Assembly (NCBI GenBank): GCA_964016885.1
Contig: OZ024741.1
Span: 7,812,001-7,876,000 of the forward strand
From: Eledone cirrhosa
Taxonomy: Eukaryota
Length of the DNA: 64,000 bases
Direction: 5' to 3'
Position 1 is the stretch's first letter, and every line of letters begins with the position of its first letter. Positions 38,001-50,800 of this stretch are shown here, piece after piece. Position numbers and translations under genes: made by a program. The notes beneath the pieces were generated by a model. That model was not told the DNA's origin and ran no database searches. It saw only the letters and a list, made by a program, of their open reading frames with translations.

Positions 38001-38431
38001 CAGTGGTAAAGTTCCAGTGTTACCCTAGACAGTGGTAAAGTTCCAGTGTTACCCTAGATAGTTGTAAAGTTCCAGTGTTACCCTAGACAGTTGTAAAGTT
38101 CCAGTGTTATCCTAGACTAGACAGTTGTAAACTTCCAGTGTTACCCTAGACAGTTGTAAAGTTCCAGTGTTACCCTAGAGAGTTGTAAAGTGCCAGTGTT
38201 AACCTAGACAGTGGTAAAGTTCCAGTGTTACCCTAGATAGTTCTAAAGTTCCAGTGTTACCCTAGACAATGGTAAAGTTCCATCTTACCCTAGACAGTTG
38301 TAAAGTACCAGTGTTACCCTAAATAGTTCTAAAGTTCCAGTGTTACCTTAGACAGTGGTAAAGTTCCTGTGTTACCCTAGACAGTGGTAAAGTTCCAGTG
38401 TTTCCCTAGACAGTGGTAAAGTTCCAGTGTT
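32003..38431. repeat. 3,211-bp near-identical tandem duplication (copy 1 ~32003-35213, copy 2 ~35214-38431)
   Basis: Constant offset 3211 for AGTCTTACC (32091/35302), GACTGTGG (32451/35662), TAAAGTTGCA (33111/36322) and the deletion variant TTCCATCTTACC (ATCTT at 35071/38282). Confidence 0.92.
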
Positions 38432-40145
38432 ACCCTAGACAGTGGTAAAGTTCCAGTGTTTCCCTAGACAGAGGTAAAGTTCCAGTGTTACCCTAGACAG
38501 TGGTAAAGTTCCAGTGTTACCCTAGACAGTGGTAAAGTTCCAGTGTTACCCTAGACAGTGGTAAGGCTCCAGTGTTTCCCTAGACAGTGGTAAAGTTCCA
38601 GTGTTACCCTAGACAGTTGTAAAGTTCCAGTGTTACACTAGACAGTGGTAAAGTTCCAGTGTTTCCCTAGACAGTGGTAAAGTTCCAGTGTTACCTTAGA
38701 CAGTGGTAAAGTTCCAGTGTTTCCCTAGTCAGTAGTAAAGTTCCAGTGTTTCCCTAGACAGTGGTAAAGTTCCAGTGTTACCCTAGACAGTTGTAAATTT
38801 CCAGTGTTACCCTAGACAGTGGTACAGTTCCAGTGTTACCCTAGACAGTGGTAAGTTCCAGTGTTTCCCTAGACAGTGGTAAAGTTACAGTGTTACCCTA
38901 GACAGTTGTAAAGTTCCAGTGTTACCCTAGACAGTTGTAACGTTCCAGTGTTACCCTAGACAGTTGTAAGGCTCCAGTGTTACCATAGACAGTGGTAAAG
39001 TTCCAGTGTTACCCTAGACAGTGGTAAAGTTCCAGTGTTACCCAAGACAGTGGTAGAAGTTCCAGTGTTACCCTAGACAGTTGTAAAGTTCCAGTGTTAC
39101 CCTAGACAGTTATAAAGTTCCAGTGTTACCCTAGACAGTTGTAAAGTTCCAGTATTACAATAGACAGTGGAAAGTTCCAGTGTTAACCTAAATAGTTCTA
39201 AAGTTCCGGTGTTACCCTAGACAGTTGTAAAGTTCCAGTGTTACCCTAGACATTTGTAAAGTTCCAGTGTTACCCTAGACAGTGGTAAAGTTCCAGTGTT
39301 ACCCTAGACAGTTCTAAAGTTCCAGTGTTACCCTAGAGAGTGGTAAAGTTCCAGTGTTACCCTAAAGAGTTGTAAATTCCACTGTTACCCTAGTCAGTTC
39401 TAAAGTTCCAGTGTTACCCTAGACAGTTGTAAAGTACCAGTGTTACCCAAGAGAGTTGTAAAGTTCCAGTATTACAATAGACAGCGGTAAAGTTCCAGTG
39501 TTACCCTAGATAGTTCTAAAGTTCCAGTGTTACCCTAGACAATGGTAAAGTTCCAGTGTTACCCTAGACAGTTGTAAAGTTCCAGTGTTACCCTAAATAG
39601 TTCTAAAGTTCCAGTGTTACCTTAGACAGTGGTAAAGTTCCTGTGTTACCCTAGACAGTGGTAAAGTTCCAGTGTTAACTTAGACAGTTGTAAAGTTCCA
39701 GTGTTGCCTTAGACAGTGGTAAAGTTCCAGTGTTACCCTACACTACACAGTTGTAAAGATCCACTGTTACCCTAGACAGTGGTAAAGTTCCAGTGTTACC
39801 CTAGACAGTGGTAAAGTTCCAGTGTTACCCTAGATAGTTGTAAAGTTCCAGTGTTACCCTAGACAGTTGTAAAGTTCCAGTGTTATCCTAGACTAGACAG
39901 TTGTAAACTTCCAGTGTTACCCTAGACAGTTGTAAAGTTCCAGTGTTACCCTAGAGAGTTGTAAAGTGCCAGTGTTAACCTAGACAGTGGTAAAGTTCCA
40001 GTGTTACCCTAGATAGTTCTAAAGTTCCAGTGTTACCCTAGACAATGGTAAAGTTCCATCTTACCCTAGACAGTTGTAAAGTACCAGTGTTACCCTAAAT
40101 AGTTCTAAAGTTCCAGTGTTACCTTAGACAGTGGTAAAGTTCCTG
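38370..40145. repeat. Third, partial copy (~1.8 kb) of the 3' part of the 3,211-bp unit, with a 3-monomer deletion
   Basis: Offset is 1863 at CAGAGG (36606/38469) and 1776 at ATCTT (38282/40058). The difference of 87 = 3x29 is lost near 39030, where the AAATTTCC and AGGCGCC monomers are absent. Confidence 0.88.
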
Positions 40146-41888
40146 TATTACCCTAGACAGTGAAAAAGTTCCAGTGTTAACCTAGACAGTTGTAAAGTTC
40201 CAGTGTTGCCTTAGACAGTGGTAAAGTTCCAATGTTACCCTTGACAGTGGTAAAGTTCCAGTGTTACCCTAGACAGTTGTAAAGTTCCAGTGTTATCCTA
40301 GACTAGACAGTTGTAAAGTTCCAGTGTTACCCTAGACGATGGTAAAGTTCCAGTGTTACACTAGACAGTGGTAAAGTTCCAGTGTTACCTAAGACAGTTG
40401 TTAAGTTCCAGTGTTACCCTAGACAGATGTAAAGTTCCAGTGTTACCATAGACAGTGGTAAAGTTCCAGTGTTCAACTAGACAGTTGTAAAGTTCCAGTG
40501 TTACCCTAGACAGTGGTAAAGTACCAGTGTTACCCTAGACTAGACAGTTGTAAAGCTCCAGTGTTACCCTAGACTAGACAGTTGTAAAGCTCCAGTGTTA
40601 CCCTAGACAGTCTTAAAATTCCAGTGCTACCCTAGACAGTGGTAAAGTTCCAGTGTTACCCTAGACAGTTGTAAAGTTCCAGTGTTACCCTAGACAGTGG
40701 TAAAGTTCCAGTGTTTCCCTAGAGAGTGGTAAAGTTCCAGTGTTTCCCTAGACAGTGGTAAAGTTCCAGTGTTACACTAGACAGTGGTAAAGTTCCAGTG
40801 TTTCCCTAGACAGTGGTAATGTTCCAGTGTTTCCCTAGACAGTTGTAAAGTTCCAGTGTTACCCTAGACAGTGGTAAAGTTCCAGTGTTACTCTAGACAG
40901 GTGTAAAGTTCCAGTGTTACCCTAGACATTTGTAAAGTTCCAGTGTTACCCTAGACATTTGTAAAGTTCCAGTGTTACACTAGACAGTTGTAAAGTTCCA
41001 GTGTTACCCTAGACAGTTGTAAGGCTCCAGTGTTACCCTAGACAGTGGTAAAGTTCCAGTGTTACCCTAGACAGTGGTAAAGTTCCAGTGTTACCCTAGA
41101 CAGTGGTAAAGTTCCAGTGTTACCCTAGACAGATGTAAAGTTCCAGTGTTACCCTAGACAGTTGTAAAGTTCCAGTGTTATCCTAGACTAGACAGTTGTA
41201 AAGCTCCAGTGTTACCCTAGACAGTGGTAAATTTCCAGTGTTACTCTAGACCGTTGTAAGGCTCCAGTGTTACCCTAGACAGTGGTAAAGTTCCAGTGTT
41301 ACCCTAGACAGTGGTAAAGTTCCAGTGTTACCCTAGACCGTGGTAAAGTTCCAGTGATACCCTAGACAGTGGTAAAGTTCCAGTGTTACCCTAGACAGTT
41401 GTAAAGTTCCAGTGTTACCCTACACAGTTGTAAAGTTCCAGTGTTACCCGTGACTAGACAGTTGTAAAGCTCCAGTGTTACCCTTAGAAGTTGTAAATTC
41501 AAGTGTTACCTTAGACAGTGGTAAAGTTACAGCCTTACCCTAGACAGTTGTAAAGTTCCAGTGTTAACCTAGACAGTTGTGAAGTTCCAGTGTTACCTTA
41601 GACAGTTGTAAAGTTCCAATTTTACACTAGACAGTGGTAATGTTCCAGTGTTACCCTAGACAGTTGTAAAGTTCCAGTGTTAATCTAGACAGTGGTAAAG
41701 TTCCAGTGTTACCCTAGACTAGACAGTTGTAATGCTCCAGTATTACCCTAGACTATACAGTTGTAAAGCTCCAGTGTTACCCTAGACAGTGGTAAAGTTC
41801 CAGTGTTACCCTAGACATTGGTGAAGTTCCAGTGTTACCCTGCACAGTGGTAAAGTTCCAGTGTTTCCCTAGACAGTGGTAAAGTTCC

Positions 41889-44800
41889 AGTGTTACCCTA
41901 GACAGTTGTAAAGTTCCAGTGTTTCCCTAGACAGTGGTAAAGTTCCAGTGTTACACTAGAGAATTGTAAAGTTCCAGTGTTACCCTAGACAGTGGTAAAG
42001 TTCCAGTGTTTCCCTAGACAGTGGTAAAGTTCCAGTGTTACACTAGAGAGTTGTAAAGTTCCAGTGTTACCCTATACAGTGGTTAAGTTCCAGTGTTACC
42101 CTAGACAGTGGTAAAGTTCCAGTGTTACCCTAGACAGTTGTAAAGTTCCAGTATTACCCTAGACAGTTGTGAAGTTCCAGTGTTACCCTTGACAGTTGTA
42201 AAGTTCCAATTTTACCCTAGTCAGTGGTAATGTTCCAGTGTTACCCTAAACAGTTGTAAAGTTCCAGTGTTACCCTAGACAGTGGTAAAGTTCCAGTGTT
42301 ACCCTAGACTAGACAGTTGTAAAGCACCAGTGTTATCCTAGACTATACAGTTGTAAAGCTCCAGTGTTACTCTAGACAGTGGTAAAGTTCCAGTGTTACC
42401 CTAGACAGTGGGGATGTTCCAGTGTTACCCTAGACAGTGGTAAAGTTCCAGTGTTACCCTAGACAGTGGTAAAGTTCCAGAGTTACCCTAGACTTGACAG
42501 TTGTAAAGCTCCAGTTTTACTCTAGTCTATACAGTTGTAAAGCTCCAGTTTTACCTAGACAGTGGTAAAGTTCCAGTGTTACCTTATATAGTGGTAAAGT
42601 TCCAGTGTTACCCTAGACAGTGGTAAAGTTCCAGTGTTTCCCTAGACAGTGGTAAAGTTCCAGTGTTACCCTAGACAGTTGTAAAGTTCCAGTGTTTCCC
42701 TAGACAGTGGTAAAGTTCCAGTGTTACCCTAATCAGTGGTAAAATTCCAGTGTTACACTAGAGAGTTGTAAAGTTCCAGTGTTACCCTAGAGAGGGGTAA
42801 AGTTCCCGTGTTACCCTAGACAGTGGTAAAGTTCCAGTGATACCCTAGACAGTTGTAAAGTTCCAGTGTTACCCTAAATAGTTCTAAAGTTCCAGTGTTA
42901 CCCTACACAGTGGTAAAGTTCCAGTGTTGCCCTAGACAGTGGTAAAGTTCCAGTGTTACACTAGAGAGTTGTAAAGTTCCAATGTTACCCTAGAGAGGGG
43001 TAAAGTTCCTGTGTTACCCTAGACAGTGGTAAAGTTCCAGTGATACCCTAGACAGTTGTAAAGTTCCAGTGTTAGCCTAAATAGTTCTAAAGTTCCAGTG
43101 TTACCCTAGACAGTGGTAAAGTTCCAGTGTTAACCTAGACAGTGGTAAAATTCCAGTGATACCCTAGACAGTTGTAAAGTTCCAGTGTTAGCCTAAATAG
43201 TTCTAAAGTTCCAGTGTTAACCTAGACAGTGTTAAAGTTCCAGTGTTACCCTAGACAGTGGTAAAGTTCCAGTGTTACCCTAGACAGTGGTAAAGTTCCA
43301 GTGATACCCTAGACAGTTGTAAAGTTCCAGTGTTAGCCTAAATAGTTCTAAAGTTCCAGTGTTACCCTAGACAGTGTTAAAGTTCCAGTGTTACCCTAGA
43401 CAGTGGTAAAGTTCCAGTGTTAACCTAGACAGTTATAAATTTCCAGTGTTTCCCTAGACAGTGGTAAAGTTCCAGTGTTACCCTAGACAGTTGTAAAGTT
43501 CCAGTGTTACCCTAGACAGTTGTAAAGTTCCAGTGTTACCCTAGACAGTTGTAAAGTTCCAGTGTTACTCTTGACTAGAGAGTTGTAAAGTTCCAGTGTT
43601 ACCCGTGACAGTGGTAATGTTCCAGTGTTATCCTAGACAGTTGTAAAGTTCCAGTGTTACCCTAGACAGTGGTAATGTTCCAGTGTTACCCTAGACAGTC
43701 GTAAACTTCCAGTGTTTCCCTAGACAGTGGTAAAGTTCCAGTGTTACCCTAGACAGTTGTAAAGTTCCAGTGTTACCCTAGACAGTGGTAAAGTTCCAGT
43801 GTTACCCTAGACAGTTGTAAAGTTCCAGTGTTACCCTAGACAGTGTTAAAGTTCCAGTGTTTCCCTAGACAGTGGTAAAGTTCCAGTGTTACCCTAGACA
43901 GTTGTAAAGTTCCAGTGTTACCCTAGACAGTTGTAAAGTTCCAGTGTTACCCTAGACAGTTGTAAAGTTCCAGTGTTTCCGTAGACAGTGGTAAAGTTCC
44001 AGTGTTACCCTAAACAGTTGTAAAGTTCAGGTGTTACCATAGACAGTTGTAAAGTTCCAGTGTTACCCTAGACAGTGGCAAAGTTCCAGTGTTACCCTAG
44101 ATAGTAGTAAAGTTCCAATGTTACCCTAGACAGTTGTAAAGTTCCAGTGTTACCCTAGACAGTGGTATATTCCAGTGTTACCCTAGACTAGACAGTTGTA
44201 AATTTCCAGTGTTACCCTAGACTATACAGTTGTAAACACCAGTGTTACTCTAGACAGTGGTAAAGTTCCAGTGTTACTCTAGACAGTGGTGAATTTCCAG
44301 TGTTACTCTAGACCGTGGTAAAGTTCCAGTGTTACCCTAGACAGTGGTAAAGTTCCAGTGTTTCCCTAGACAGTGGTAAAGTTCCAGTGTTACCCTAGAC
44401 AGTTGTAAAATTCCAGTGTTTCCCTAGACAGTGGTAAAGTTCCAGTGTTACCCTAATCAGTGGTAAAATTCCAGTGTTACACTAGAGAGTTGTAAAGTTC
44501 CAGTGTTACCCTAGAGAGGGGTAAAGTTCCCGTTTTACCCTAGACAGTGGTAAAGTTCCAGTGATACCCTAGACAGTTGTAAAGTTCCAGGGTTACCCTA
44601 AATAGTTCTAAAGTTCCAGTGTTACCCTACACAGTGGTAAAGTTCCAGTGTTACACTAGAGAGTTGTAAAGTTCCAATGTTACCCTAGAGAGGGGTAAAG
44701 TTCCAGTGTTACCCTGACAGTGGTAAAGTTCCAGTGATACCCTAGACAGTTGTAAAGTTCCAGTGTTAGCCTAAATAGTTCTGAAGTTCCAGTGTTACCC

Positions 44801-47800
44801 TAGACAGTGGTAAAGTTCCAGTGATACCCTAGACAGTTGTAAAGTTCCAGTGTTAGCCTAAATAGTTCTGAAGTTCCAGTGTTACCCTAGACAGTGGTAA
44901 AGTTCCAGTGTTAACCTAGACAGTGGTAAAGTTCCAGTGTTACCCTAGACAGTTGTAAAGTTCCAGTGTTAGCCTAAATAGATCTAAAGTTCCAGTGTTA
45001 CCCTAGACAGTGTTAAAGTTCCAGTGTTACTCTAGACAGTGGTAAAGTTCCAGTGTTAACCTAGACAGTTGTAAAGTTCCAGTGTTACCCTAGACAGTGG
45101 TAATGTTCCAGTGTTACCCTAGACAGTCGTAAACTTCCAGTGTTAACCTAGACAGTTGTAAAATTCCAGTGTTACCCTAGACTATTGTAAAGTTCCAGCG
45201 TTTCCCTAGTCAGTTGTAAAGTTCCAGTGTTACCCGAGACAGTTGTAAAGTTCCAGTGTTACCCGAGACGGTTGTAAAGTTCCAGTGTTGCCCTAGACAG
45301 TAGTAAAGTTACAATGTTACCCTAGACAGTTGTAAAGTTCCAGTGTTACCCTTGACTAGAGAGTTGTAATGTTCCAGTTTTACCCGTGACTAGACAGTTG
45401 TAAAGTTCCAGTTTTACCCTATACAGTTGTAAAATTCCAGTGTTACCCTAGACTAGACAGTGGTAAATTTCCAGTGTTACCCTAGACTAGACACTGGTAA
45501 AGTTCCAATGTTACCCTAGACAGTGGTAAAGTTACAGTGTTACCCTAGACAGTGGTAAAGTTCAAGTGTTACCCTAGACTAGACACTGGTAAAGTTCCAA
45601 TGTTACCCTAGACAGTGGTAAAGTTCCAGTGTTATCCTAGACAGTTGCGAAGTTCCAGTGTTACCCTAGACAGTCGTAAAGTTCCAATTTTACCCTAGAC
45701 AGTGGTAACGTTCCAGTGTTACCCTAAACAGTTGTAAAGTACCAGTGTTACCCTAGACAGTGGTAAAGTTCCAGTGTTACCCTAGACTAGACAGTTGTAA
45801 AGCTCCAGTGTTACCCTAGACTATACAGTTGTAAAGCTCCAGTGTTATCCTAGACAGTGGTAAAGTTCCAGTGTTACCCTAGACTGTGGTGAAGTTCCAG
45901 TGTTTCCCTAGACAGTGGTAAAGTTCCAGTGTTACCCTAGACTAGACAGTTGTAAAACTCCAGTGTTACCCTTAGAAGTTGTGAAGTTCAAGTGTTACGC
46001 TCGACAGTTGTGAAGTTCCAGTGTTACCCTTGATTAGACTGTTGTAAAGCTCCAGTGTTACCCTAGACTATACAGTTGTAAAGCTCCAGTGTTACCCTAG
46101 ACCGATGTAAAGTTCCAGTGTTGCCATAGACAGTGGTGAAGTTCCAGTGTTACCCTAGACAGTGGTAAAGTTCCAGTGTTTCCCTAGACAGTGGTAAGTT
46201 CCAGTGTTACCCTAGACAGATGTAAAGTTCCAGTGTTACCCTAGACAGTTGTAAAGTTCCAGTGTTTCACTAGACAGTGGTAAAGTTCCTGTGTTACACT
46301 AGAGAGTTGTAAAGTTCCAGTGTTACCCTAGACAGTGGTAAAGTTCTAGTGTTACCCTAGACAGTGGTAAAGTCCTAGTGATACCCTAGTCAGTTGTAAG
46401 TTCCAGTGTTACCTTAAATATTTCTAAAGTTCCAGTGTTACCCTAGACAGTGGTTAAGTTCCAGTGTTACCCTAGACAGTGTTGAAGTTCCAGTGTTAAC
46501 CTAGACAGTTGTAAAGTTCCAGTGTTACCTTAGACAGTGGTAAAGTTCCAGTGTTACACTAGACAGTGGTAAAGTTCCAGTGTTACCCTAGACAGTTGTA
46601 AAGTTCCAGTGTTACCCTAGACAGTTGTAAAGTTCCAGCGTTACCCTAAATAGTTCTAAAGTTCCAGTGTTAACCTAGACGGTGGTAAAGTTCCAGTGTT
46701 ACCCTAGACAGTGGTAAAGTTCCAGTGTTACCCTAGACAATGGTACAGTTCCAGTGTTACCCTAGACAGTGGTAAAGTTCCAGTGTTACCCTAGACCGAT
46801 GTAAAGTTCCAGTGTTGCCATAGACAGTGGTAAATTTCCAGTGTTACCCTAGACAGTTGTAAAGTTCCAGTGTTACCAGTGTTAACAGCTCCAGTGTTAC
46901 CCTAGACGGTGGTAAAGTTCCAGTGTTACCCTAGACAGTGGTAAAGTTCCAGTGTTACCCTAGACAATGGTACAGTTCCAGTGTTACCCTAGACAGTTGT
47001 AACGTTCCTGTTTTACCCTAGACAGTGGTAAAGTTCCAGTGTTACCCTAGACTAGACAGTTGTAAAGCTCCAGTGTTACCCTAGACTATACAGTTGTAAA
47101 GCTCCAGTGTTACCCTAGACTGTGGTAAAGTTCCAGTGTTTCCCTGGACAGTGGTAAAGTTCCAGTGTTACCCTAGACAGTTGTAAAATTCCAGTTTTAC
47201 TCTAGAAAGTGTTAATGTTCCAGTGTTACCCTAGACAGTGGTAAATTCCAGTGTTACTCTAGACAGTGGTGAATTTCCAGTGTTACCCTAGGCAGTGTTA
47301 AAGTTCCAGTGTTACCCGAGACAGTTGTAGATTTCCAGTGTTACCCTAGACAGTGGTAAAGTTCCAGTGTTACTCTAGACAGTGGTAAAGTTCCAGTGTT
47401 ACCCTAGACAATGGTACAGTTCCAGTGTTACCCTAGACAGTGGTAAAGTTCCAGTGTTGCCATAGACAGTGGTAAATTTCCAGTGTTACCCTAGACAGTT
47501 GTAAAGTTCCAGTGTTACCCTAGACAGTGGCAAAGTTCCAGTGTTACCCTAGACATGACAGTTGTAAAGTTCCAGTGTTACCCTAGTCTAGACAGTTGTA
47601 AAGCTCCAGTGTTACCCTAGACAGTTGTAAAATTCCAGTGTTACCCTAGACAGTGGTAAAGTTCCAGTGTTACCCTAGACAGTTGTAAAGTTCTAGTGTT
47701 ACCCTAGACAGTTGTGAAGTTCCAATGTTACCCTAGACAGTTGTAACGTTCCTGTTTTACCCTAGACAGTGGTAATGTTCCAGTGTTACCCTAGACTAGA

Positions 47801-50800
47801 CAGTTGTAAAGGTCCAGTGTTACCCTAGACTATACAGTTGTAAAGCACCAGTGTTACCCTAGACAGTGGTAAAGTTCCGGTGTTTCCCTAGACAGTGGTA
47901 AGGTTCCAGTGTTACCCTAGATAGTTGTAAAGTTCCAGTGTTACCATAGACAGTTGGAAAGTTCCAGTGTTACCCTAGACATTTGTAAAGTTCCAGTGTT
48001 ACCCTTGACTAGAGAGTGGTAAAGTTCCAGTGTTACCCGTGACCGTGGTAATGTTCCAGTGTTACCCTAAACAGTTGTAAAGTTCCAGTGTTACCCTAGA
48101 CAGTGGTAAAGTTCCAGTGTTACCCTAGACTAGACAGTTGTAAAGCTCCAGTGTTACCCTAGACTATACAGTTGTAAAGCTCCAGTGTTACCCTAGACTG
48201 TGTTAAAGTTCCAGTGTTTCCCTGGACAGTGGTAAAGTTCCAGTGTTACCCTAGACAGTTGTAAAATTCCAGTTTTACTCTAGAAAGTGTTAATGTTCCA
48301 GTGTTACCCTAGACAGTGGTAAATTCCAGTGTTACTCTAGACAGTGGTGAATTTCCAGTGTTACCCTAGGCAGTGTTAAAGTTCCAGTGTTACCCGAGAC
48401 AGTTGTAGATTTCCAGTGTTACCCTAGACAGTGGTAAAGTTCCAGTGTTACTCTAGACAGTGGCAAAGTTCCAGTGATACCCTAGACAGTGGTAAAGTTG
48501 CAGTGTTACCCTAGACAGTTGTAATGTTCCAGTGTTACCCTAGACAGTTGTAAAGTTCCAGTGTTACCCAAGACAGTTGTAAAGTTCCAGTTTTACCCTT
48601 GACTAGAGAGTTGTAAAGTTCCAGTGTTACCCGTGACTAGACAGTTGTAAAGTTCCAGTTCTACCCTATACAGTTGTAAAATTCCAGTGTTACCCTTGAC
48701 TAGACAGTGGTAAACTTCCAGTGTTACCCTAGACTAGACAGTGGTAAAGTTCCAATGTTACCCTAGACAGTGGTAAAGTTACAGTGTTACACTAGACAGT
48801 GGTAAAGTTCCAGTGTTACCCTAGACTAGACAGTTGTAATGCTCCAGCGTTACCCTTAGAAGTTGTAAAGTTCAAGTGTTACTCTAGACAGTTGTAAAGT
48901 TCCAATTTTACCCTAAAAAGTGGTAATGTTCCAGTGTTACCCTAGACAGTTGTAAAGTTCCAGTGTTACCCTAGACAGTGGTAAAGTTCCAGTGTTACCC
49001 TAGACTAGACAGTTGTAAAGCTCCAGTATTGCCCTAGACTATACAGTTGTAAAGCTCCAGTGTAACCCTAGACAGTGGTAAAGTTCCAGTGTTACCCTAG
49101 ACAGTGGTGAAGTTCCAGTTTTACCCTAGACAGTGGTAAAGTTCCAGTGTTTCCTTGACAGTGGTAAAGTTCCAGTGTTACTCTAGACAGTTGTAAAGTT
49201 CCAGTGTTTCCCTAGACAGTTGTAAAGCTCCAGTGTTACCCTAGACAGTGGTAAAGTTCCATTGTTACGCTAGATAGTTCTAAAATTATAGTGTTAGCCT
49301 AGACAGTGGTAAAGTTCCAGTGTTACCCTAGACAGTTGTAAAGTTCCAGTGTTACCCTAGACAGTTGTAAAGTTCCAGTGTTACCCTAGACAGTTGTAAA
49401 GTTCCAATTTTACCCTAGACAGTGGTAATGATCCAGTGTTACCCTAGACTATACAGTTGTAAAGCACCAGTGTTACCCTAGACAGTGGTAAAGTTCCAGC
49501 GTTACCCTAGACAGTGGTGAAGTTCCAGTGTTACCCTACACAGTTGTGAAGTTCCAGTATTACCCTAGACAGTTGTAAAGTTCCAGTTTTACCCTAGACA
49601 GTGGTAATGTTCCAGTGTTACCCTAGACTAGACAGTTGTAAAGCTCCAGTGTTACCCTAGACTATACAGTTGTAAAGCTCCAGTGTTACCCTAGACAGTG
49701 GTAAAGTTCCAGTGTACCCTAGACAGTGGTGAAGTTCCAGTGTTACCCTACACAGTGGTAAAGTTCCAGTGTTTCCCTAGACAGTGGTAAAGTTCCAGTG
49801 TTACCCTAGACAGTTGTAAAGTTCCAGTGTTTCCCTAGACAGTTGTAAAGTTCCAGTGTTACCCTAGACAGTGGTAAAGTTCCAGTGTTACCCCAGACAG
49901 TGGTAAAGTTCCAGTGTTAACCTAGACTACACAGTTGTAAAGCTCCAGTGTTACTCTAGACAGTGGTAAAGTTCCAGTGTTACCCTAGACACTGGTAAAG
50001 CTCCAGTGTTACTCTAGACAGTGGTAAAGTTCCAGTCATTACCCTAGATAGTTGTAAAGTTCCAGTGTTACCCTAGACTGTGGTAAATTTCCAGTGTTAC
50101 CCTAGACAGTTGTAAAGTTCAAGTGTTTCCCTAGACAGTTGTAAAGTTCCTGTGTTACCCTATACAGTGGTAAAGTTCCAGTGTTACCTTAGACAGTGGT
50201 AAAGTTCCAGTGTTTCCCTAGACAGTGGTAAAGTTCCAGTGTTACCCTAGTGAGTTGTAAATTTCCAGTGTTACCCTAGACAGTCGTAAAGTTCCAGTGT
50301 TACCCTAGACAGTTCTAAAGTTCCAGTGTTACCCTAGACAGTGGTAAATTTCCAGTGTTACCCTAGACAGTGGTAAAGTTCCAGTGTTACGCTAGACAGT
50401 GGTAAAGTCCCAGTGTTAGCCTAGACAGTTGTAAAGTTCCAGTGTTACCCTAGACAGTGGTAAAGTTCCAGTATTACCCTAGACTGTTGTAAAGTTCCAG
50501 TGTTACCCTAGACAGTTGAAAAGTACCAGTGTTGCCCTAGTCAGTGGTAAAGTTCCAGTGTTACCCTAGTCAGTGGTAAATTTCCAGTGTTACCCTAGAC
50601 AGTTCTAAAGTTCCAGTGTTACGCAAGATAATTGTAAAGTTCCAGTGTTACCCTAGACAGTGGTAAAGTTCCAGTGTTACCCGAGACAGCTCTGAAGTTC
50701 CAGTGTTACCCTAGACAGTTCTAAAGTTCCAGTGTTACCCTAGACAGTGGTAAAGTTCCAGTGTTACCTTAGATAGTTGTAAATTTCCAGTGTTGCCCTA

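Larger units (their letters stand above)
1..40150. repeat. Array domain 1: irregular higher-order repeat (~3-4.5 kb period) marked by a recurring cassette of variant monomers
   Basis: The marker GTATTACAATAGAC recurs (TACAAT at about 401, 3379, 10261, 13489, 16525, 20067, 27210, 28022, 31373, 31690, 34169, 34486, 37380, 37697, 39156, 39473). Most occurrences lie in a fixed order with CCCAAGACAGTGGTAGAAG. CCCTACACTACAC also recurs here. I did not see these markers after ~40 kb. Confidence 0.85.
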
